DNA of 64,000 nt from Turneriella sp. (GTDB taxonomy: Bacteria; Spirochaetota; Leptospiria; Turneriellales; Turneriellaceae). This document shows, piece by piece, positions 58,567 to 64,000 of the stretch; the first letter of the stretch is position 1; the number at the start of each line of letters is the position of its first letter. The stretch is from NCBI GenBank assembly GCA_965279515.1, contig CBDIID010000003.1, positions 800,001-864,000 of the forward strand, in the 5' to 3' direction. Made by a program: the position numbers and the translations under genes. The notes under the pieces were generated by a model. That model worked only from the letters and a program-made list of their open reading frames with translations. It was not told the origin of the DNA and searched no databases.

Positions 58567-59062
58567 GCATGTCTTCACCAAAGAGGATTTTGACCGCGAG
58601 TTTGAGAAGGCGCTCGATATGACCTATTCGATCGGACTCAAACTCTACCGCGGCAATGAAGACGACGCGGCGGATTTTGCCCAATCGCTCTATCCCTTTG
58701 CGCTTAAAAAAATCGCCAAATTCGCCGGGCGCTCGGCGTTCTCGACCTGGCTCTACCGCCTGGCGTGGAATTTCGGACTCGAAGACCTGCGGCGCAAGAA
58801 GCGCCTCGCGGCCGAAGACATTGAAAATTTTGACATCGCCGCGCCCGAAGGCGCCGACCCGGAATTTGACGAAAACGAAATCGCGGCGCTGCGCCAGCAT
58901 GTCGGTGCCCTGCCCGACCAGTACCGTATTCCGCTCATTCTGCTGTTCTTCGAGAACATGCCCTACTCTGAAATTTCGGCCATTACCGGAATCAAAGAGG
59001 GCACGCTGAAGGCAAACGTGCACCGGGCAAAAAATATTTTACGCCAGCAAATGGGCAAGTAA
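58553..59062 (+). CDS. ECF RNA polymerase sigma-70 factor
   Basis: DAADFAQ, FSTWLYRLA.N (region 2); LPDQYR, YSEIS, GTLKANVHRAK (region 4). Confidence 0.93.
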   Translation: MPTDEHVFTKEDFDREFEKALDMTYSIGLKLYRGNEDDAADFAQSLYPFALKKIAKFAGRSAFSTWLYRLAWNFGLEDLRRKKRLAAEDIENFDIAAPEGADPEFDENEIAALRQHVGALPDQYRIPLILLFFENMPYSEISAITGIKEGTLKANVHRAKNILRQQMGK

Positions 59063-59075
59063 GGAAGGATCGCGT

Positions 59076-59426
59076 ATGAAAAAGTATAAATACCCCGAGG
59101 CAGTCAGCCGCGCCGTCGGCGACGAGTACACACGCACAGCGCCCGAAAGTTTACGCATCAAAATACGCGCCCTGATGCATCTGCCGCTGGTGAAACCCTG
59201 GCAGTTTGCCGGCAGCGTCTTGTTACTGCTTTTATCCCCGCTGAGCTTTTACCTTTTCCGCTCGAAACTGGTCTATTCTGAGAACATGCTGCTGATTTTA
59301 AACGTATCCGCCGGCGCCGTGGCTTTTCTGATCATCTTCGCCGGCGTCGCGCACCGCTATTCTGATCCCAGGCACAAGGCTGAACTGATCGATAAGCTGA
59401 ACGCCCTGCGCGCGAAAATTTCCTGA
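59076..59426 (+). CDS. two-TM membrane protein, putative anti-sigma partner
   Basis: Directly downstream of the ECF sigma; AGGA RBS; two TM helices. Confidence 0.65.
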   Translation: MKKYKYPEAVSRAVGDEYTRTAPESLRIKIRALMHLPLVKPWQFAGSVLLLLLSPLSFYLFRSKLVYSENMLLILNVSAGAVAFLIIFAGVAHRYSDPRHKAELIDKLNALRAKIS

Positions 59427-59448
59427 CCCCCTAACCCGCGGGGTGGGG

Positions 59449-59796
59449 TTACTCCGCTTTGCCCTTGATTGCCCGGGCCGCGTCCGCAGCTTCGGGATAT
59501 ACGGTAAAATGCTGGTCTGACTTTGTCAGCTTAAACACCATCTCGATCGTGGCATTGATACCGACGAGGTAGAGCGCCCCGCCATACGCCTGCATTTTCT
59601 TTTGCACCTGGAATAAAACACCCATCGCCGACGAATCAAGGTATTCAACCTGCGTCAGGTCAATAATGAGATGGTCGGGCTCGAGCGCCACTGTCGCCAA
59701 AAGCTTCTCTTTCAGATCGGGAATAAAATACATGTGGAGCTGCGCAGCGGTGATGAGGGCACAGGGAATGCCCTCGACTTCTTTCATCTGAACCAC
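59449..59796 (-). CDS. STAS domain anti-sigma factor antagonist
   Basis: IIDLTQVEYLDSSAMGVL. Confidence 0.9.
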   Translation of the reverse strand: MVQMKEVEGIPCALITAAQLHMYFIPDLKEKLLATVALEPDHLIIDLTQVEYLDSSAMGVLFQVQKKMQAYGGALYLVGINATIEMVFKLTKSDQHFTVYPEAADAARAIKGKAE

Positions 59797-59851
59797 GGGC
59801 GGACGTCTGGTTAAAGCGACCGCCGCGTCAATAATTTGTCAGATTTCTATT

Positions 59852-59955
59852 TAGGTAAGTTCTAAAAAAGTCATGCGCGGCCAAGGCCGCGCGAGGGAAT
59901 GCGCGCTCGCGAGTACGCAAGCGCTCCTAATTTTGCCTTTTTCAGAACTTACTTA
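59852..59955. repeat. long inverted-repeat element overlapping the rnr stop
   Basis: TAGGTAAGTTCTAAAAAAG / CTTTTTCAGAACTTACTTA arms enclose GCGCGGCC-AA-GGCCGCGC. Confidence 0.6.
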
Positions 59956-62219
59956 GTAAATTCAAATTTCAACGCCATCTCGAGCGCGTCGGCTTTGACG
60001 AGTTTTACCTTAAACTTGTCACCCAGCGAAAGCGTCTTCTGCTGTTTACCGGCAAAGATACTGAAATCGTCGAGAATCTGCACTTCACCGCGGCGGTCGA
60101 CCTGTGCGGCGTCGATATCCCCTTCTATGGGGAAATCCACCAGGGAGACAAACAGGCGTTCACTGGAAAAACCGCTCAGCCATGCATTAAAGGTCTGCCC
60201 GACCTTGCTGGCCATTGCCCGCACAGCAAGGAGCTTCTTATCGGCGCGCTCGGCTTCAAAGGCGATGCGCTCAAGGCGCGAGGTCTCGCGGCCATAGTGC
60301 TCGAGCTGCTCGTGTGTCAGCGGCAGGCGTTCACGCTTAAGATGCGCCGCCAGCTGAATATGCGTCACAAGGTCGGCGAAGCGGCGAATGGGTGAGGTGA
60401 AATGCGAATATTCGCGGAACGCCAGGCCCCAGTGTCCCTTGCCTTCGGGCATATAATTGGCCTGCATGAACGAACGCAGCAGCAAATACTGGAAGACCTC
60501 TTTCACTGGTTCGATCAGCTGGTGCGATAATACCCGGCCGATCTCGACCTGCTCGACGCCGCGGATTTTCAGGCGCGGCACATATTTCTCGAGATAGCGA
60601 TTGAGCTTTTCGAGTTTTTCTTTCGGCATGCTCTCGTGGTTGCGGTGCAGCACCGGCACATGGTAGCGCAGCGCATAACCGGCGACCGCCTGGTTCGCGC
60701 TCAGCATGCACTCTTCGACAAGGCGGTGCGACATGAGCCGGGCCTGGCTTTCGAGGCCAATGAAGCGGCCCTTCTTGTCATAGACCGCCTTCTGCTCCGA
60801 TAGATTGAGGTCGATGCGTCCGAGGCCGTCACGGTGCGATATCAGCGCCTCGGCAAGGCGCATCGCAGGGGCCAGCGGCGAGCCTTTCTTTTTTAGACTT
60901 TCATGCGCTTCCTTGTAGGTGAAACGTTTGTCGATGTAGATCACCGACTTAAAGAGCTCGTAATCTTTCATACGGCCCTCACGGTCGAACTGCATGCGCA
61001 CCGAAAAGGCAAGCCGCGTCGTCTTGGGCTTAAGACTGCAAAATTCATTCGAAAGAATCTCGGGCAACATCGGTATCACCGAGCCTGCGAGGTAATAGCT
61101 GTTGCCGCGCTTTAAGGCTTCTTCAAAAAGACCGTGCGGCACGGGAGGGCGTCCTTGCCCGCCGCCCGCAGTTGCCTCGTGCAACCTGGTTTCCGGTGCG
61201 ACGAAAAAGCCCACGTCGGCGATGTGCACGTCGAGCTCGAAGCCCTCGGTGGTTTCCATCACAGAGATGGCGTCGTCAAAGTCCTTGGCATCTTCACCGT
61301 CGATGGTGAAGATATAGCGGCCCTTTACATGAACGCGGCTCTTATCTTTAATCTCTTCTTTGACGAGCTTTTCGATGCCCTTTTTCTGGGGAATGAGTTT
61401 TTTCTCATAATCGTCAGGTAGCATAAAGCGCAGGCGCAGGCGCTCGAGGTCGCCCTTGCGGTCTTCAGTCACTTTGCGCGATGACGTCTCAAAGACAAAG
61501 GCGCTCGAACGTTCATAACCCTCGCCGCGGCGCGCATCGCGCAGAAACTGTTTCTGCGCGGCGCTGCGCTTGAGGTAGACAAGCTTCGCCGGGGCCTTTT
61601 TAGCTTTGAGTAAAACCTGCGGCCGGTCGGGCAGATCGATGAGTTCGGCCATGAAAAAACTTTCGCCTTTATCAGGACTACCCACACCCCGTGCGGCGCC
61701 GAGCACACGCGCCATATATTCACCCGAAAACGGTTCGACGATCTCGGTCACCTTCGCGGTAAAACGCCCGCGGTTAAAGCCGGTGATGGTGATCGCGACC
61801 TTGTCGCGGTGCAGCGCGGCCCCGCGCTCGCCATGCGGTATAATCGCTTCGACCTTAGGGCCCGCAGGCACAAAGGCAATGCCTGATTTCGCGGCGCTGA
61901 GATAACCGGTAAAACGGTTCTTGAGCCGCCACTCCTTGGCGACGAGTTCAGCCATACCCGAGTTTTTGAGAAACGTCAGAATTTCATCATTCCCCTGCGA
62001 GCCCTGCTCCCTGGCTTTGCCGCTGTCATTGCGACTGCGGCCCTGTTTGTTACCCCGGCGGCTTGTGTTTTTGCCTTTGCCTTCTGCGGTTTTGACTTCT
62101 GCTTTTTTTTCAACGACAGGAGGCGCTCCGCCGGGACGGGTTCCGCTGAGGCGCAGATCTCCCGATTTGAACGCGTGGTATAACCACTGGTCCATTGTTT
62201 TTTCTGTATTTTTTTCCAT
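59949..62219 (-). CDS. rnr: ribonuclease R (RNB family)
   Basis: FTIDGEDAKDFDDAIS, HIADV, PMLP.ILS..CSL, YSHFTSPIRRFADL. Confidence 0.93.
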   Translation of the reverse strand: MEKNTEKTMDQWLYHAFKSGDLRLSGTRPGGAPPVVEKKAEVKTAEGKGKNTSRRGNKQGRSRNDSGKAREQGSQGNDEILTFLKNSGMAELVAKEWRLKNRFTGYLSAAKSGIAFVPAGPKVEAIIPHGERGAALHRDKVAITITGFNRGRFTAKVTEIVEPFSGEYMARVLGAARGVGSPDKGESFFMAELIDLPDRPQVLLKAKKAPAKLVYLKRSAAQKQFLRDARRGEGYERSSAFVFETSSRKVTEDRKGDLERLRLRFMLPDDYEKKLIPQKKGIEKLVKEEIKDKSRVHVKGRYIFTIDGEDAKDFDDAISVMETTEGFELDVHIADVGFFVAPETRLHEATAGGGQGRPPVPHGLFEEALKRGNSYYLAGSVIPMLPEILSNEFCSLKPKTTRLAFSVRMQFDREGRMKDYELFKSVIYIDKRFTYKEAHESLKKKGSPLAPAMRLAEALISHRDGLGRIDLNLSEQKAVYDKKGRFIGLESQARLMSHRLVEECMLSANQAVAGYALRYHVPVLHRNHESMPKEKLEKLNRYLEKYVPRLKIRGVEQVEIGRVLSHQLIEPVKEVFQYLLLRSFMQANYMPEGKGHWGLAFREYSHFTSPIRRFADLVTHIQLAAHLKRERLPLTHEQLEHYGRETSRLERIAFEAERADKKLLAVRAMASKVGQTFNAWLSGFSSERLFVSLVDFPIEGDIDAAQVDRRGEVQILDDFSIFAGKQQKTLSLGDKFKVKLVKADALEMALKFEFTK

Positions 62220-62228
62220 TATTTTCTT

Positions 62229-62924
62229 CTATTCATGTATTTTTTGCCTGGGCCGCTGTTCGGCGGCCAAAACGAAATTGAGTTCATGCCCGTAGAGCGG
62301 TGCGAGTGACGCATGCTCCTGTGGTTCGGTAAGACACAGAATTTCGGGCGTGAGCAATTCTGTGCTGAGATGTGCGCTGCTGAACCGCAGCGGTTTCCAG
62401 GGGTGATGTTCTTCCGGTAAATCGCCTGGAGGGCCTCCGGGCCCGCGATTTACCTTGGTACTTCCTTGTACCCAGCTGTCTTCCAGGCAGAATTTTTCAC
62501 CGTCCAGTGCTGAAACCCCGGATACATCCAGCGCCTGGGCTTGCCGCTCCGGTGTGTATCTTTCACCATAGTAGAGTTTGGCATTCGTGCGCGTGAGAAA
62601 CCAGTCACCCGGCGCGACGCCGAAAAAGCTGCGCCACAGGCGCGACGACAGAAATGTACGGCACGGTATGCGGCGCAGCATCACCAGCATGCGCACGTAG
62701 GCAAAAGAAGAACGCAGCCCCACAAAGGAGCCAGGCCCTTCGCCCAGCCAGATCTCGGCAATATCATCCAGATCGGGAAAAAGTTCCGCTACCGCTAAAT
62801 CGATGGCGTTCTCTCCCTGATCGATGCTCGTCTTCGCAAAAATCAATCCACCCTGATCTCTGTCGATGCGCGCAAAGATCATTTGCCGGGTTGAGGAATC
62901 GATGAGCAGCGCGGGATAATTCAT
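62229..62924 (-). CDS. tsaB: TsaB-like tRNA t6A biosynthesis protein (divergent)
   Basis: LLIDSST, GEGPGSFVGLR; overlaps the tsaE stop (ATGA). Confidence 0.75.
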   Translation of the reverse strand: MNYPALLIDSSTRQMIFARIDRDQGGLIFAKTSIDQGENAIDLAVAELFPDLDDIAEIWLGEGPGSFVGLRSSFAYVRMLVMLRRIPCRTFLSSRLWRSFFGVAPGDWFLTRTNAKLYYGERYTPERQAQALDVSGVSALDGEKFCLEDSWVQGSTKVNRGPGGPPGDLPEEHHPWKPLRFSSAHLSTELLTPEILCLTEPQEHASLAPLYGHELNFVLAAEQRPRQKIHE

Positions 62925-63373
62925 GGCTCGATACGCCCGCGGCCAGTCGCCACAGGTTCTACAAACTTCAGTGCGCGGCTGTTGCCAGGGCCGATGTCGA
63001 TGCTGAGCCGGGCCTGCCGCGCGAACGGTGCAAACAGTTGCGGCTGCGCCTTTTCTGGCCATTCGGCGAAGACGATACTTTCGGAATAGTCTTCATCGGG
63101 CGGCAACAGGTCGAACCCACTGTCATTCGGCTTCAACCGGTAAAAGTCGAGGTGAATCACGTGAAAGCCCTGTACATCATAGTCGTTGCGTAGGTTAAAA
63201 GTCGGCGAATTGGCCCCCGCTACGCCCCAGCTTTTCAGCACCTCGCTGATAAACGTGGTCTTGCCCGCGCCCAAATTGCCAGTCACCCGCACCAACAGGG
63301 GTGGATGGATCTTTTCGGCAATGAGGCGGGCATATTGTTTGAAGGCTTCGAGATCGGGAGCCGTTGCTTCCAC
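62921..63373 (-). CDS. tsaE: tRNA threonylcarbamoyladenosine biosynthesis ATPase TsaE
   Basis: GNLGAGKTTF, SPTF, HLDFYRL, EWPE. Confidence 0.95.
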   Translation of the reverse strand: MEATAPDLEAFKQYARLIAEKIHPPLLVRVTGNLGAGKTTFISEVLKSWGVAGANSPTFNLRNDYDVQGFHVIHLDFYRLKPNDSGFDLLPPDEDYSESIVFAEWPEKAQPQLFAPFARQARLSIDIGPGNSRALKFVEPVATGRGRIEP

Positions 63374-63457
63374 TGCTTTGGGTCCGGCGGTTCAGACACG
63401 CCGCAAAGAACAATAATCCATTGCAGGGCTGAATGCCGATCGGTATACATCCCGCGC

Positions 63458-63847
63458 ATGGTCAAAATCGGCCAACGACAGACACGCCAGCGCGAGATCA
63501 TCCACGACATCATCATGGAGTCAGACCGCCCGTTAACGATAGCCAACCTCGTCACGCTCGCCCAGGAGAGGAAGGCCAAGGTCGGCCAGGCAACGGTTTA
63601 CCGCACCGTCAACGCCCTGCTCGAAGCCGGTGAGATACAGGCTGTGGCCATGCCTGGCGGCGAGGCGCTCTATGAAAAGGCGCACCTGCACCACCACCAC
63701 CATTTTAAGTGCCAGGTCTGCGGAAAGGTCTATGATTTGCCGGGTTGTCCCGACGGTGTGGATCTGCAAAAATTTCTACCGAAAAACTTTACCCTGGCAA
63801 CGCACGAATTTACATTCTACGGCACTTGTGCCGCATGCTCTACGTGA
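63458..63847 (+). CDS. Fur family transcriptional regulator
   Basis: TRQR, GQATVYRT, HHHHHFKCQVCG, GTCAAC. Confidence 0.93.
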   Translation: MVKIGQRQTRQREIIHDIIMESDRPLTIANLVTLAQERKAKVGQATVYRTVNALLEAGEIQAVAMPGGEALYEKAHLHHHHHFKCQVCGKVYDLPGCPDGVDLQKFLPKNFTLATHEFTFYGTCAACST

Positions 63848-64000
63848 TCCGCAATGACCCTGACGGGCTGCCGGCCAAAATGATTGCGGCCTTGCGCTGC
63901 ATGGTCGATGGTGCAGCTGTGCTTATGGCTTAGATGCATCACCAGGTTGCGCACATGCGCACCGATGAGGAATGCCGACCCGGCGATACTCATCCAGTTC
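63817..64000 (-). CDS. 3' end of a membrane protein, MerC-domain-like with a His-rich tail (partial)
   Basis: My translation: NWMSIAGSAFLIGAHVRNLVMHLSHKHSCTIDH...; stop at 63817-63819. Confidence 0.5.
   Translation of the reverse strand, partial: NWMSIAGSAFLIGAHVRNLVMHLSHKHSCTIDHAAQGRNHFGRQPVRVIADHVEHAAQVP

Noticed and set aside
1..64000. tRNA/rRNA genes, IS transposases, integrases, prophage or defence systems
   Set aside because: I saw no recognisable signatures by eye; tRNAscan-SE, ISEScan or DefenseFinder would be needed to exclude them formally.

Overview
64 kb of gene-dense core chromosome from a GC-rich diderm bacterium. The gene set and order (TPR-surE-TPR, lptD, PASTA-rpe, mqnD, LamG surface proteins, many lipoproteins) suggest a Leptospiraceae spirochete, possibly Turneriella; this is inference, not a database match. 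About 66 CDSs are mostly housekeeping: panC, gcvH, mgsA, gatB, UvrD/Rep helicase, aroE/aroK, pyrC, hslU, surE, lptD, nadC, ttcA, dnaX, PBP1A, rpe, mqnD, rnr, tsaB/tsaE, fur. I saw no rRNA, tRNA, CRISPR array, transposase or prophage. The most unusual signals are non-coding. (1) A 57-bp tandem repeat (14233-14424) presents seven ACANGGAYGT hairpin-loop motifs on the minus strand. These match the CsrA/RsmA consensus and show compensatory stem changes. A degenerate copy lies at 27.7 kb and an architecturally matching copy sits in-frame inside rnr. (2) A family of long multi-branched inverted-repeat elements shares a CTAAAGCG junction but has different stem sequences (53.3, 53.9, 40.0 and probably 20.5 kb); two of them flank a stand-alone Hpt gene. 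Also notable are an AhpD/ArsS-like radical SAM operon, a KDSR-like reductase, a PPP-terminated leader ORF before a SulP-carbonic anhydrase fusion, a thioesterase frameshifted at a G8 tract, and RsmG-TrmH and extended-NadC fusions.
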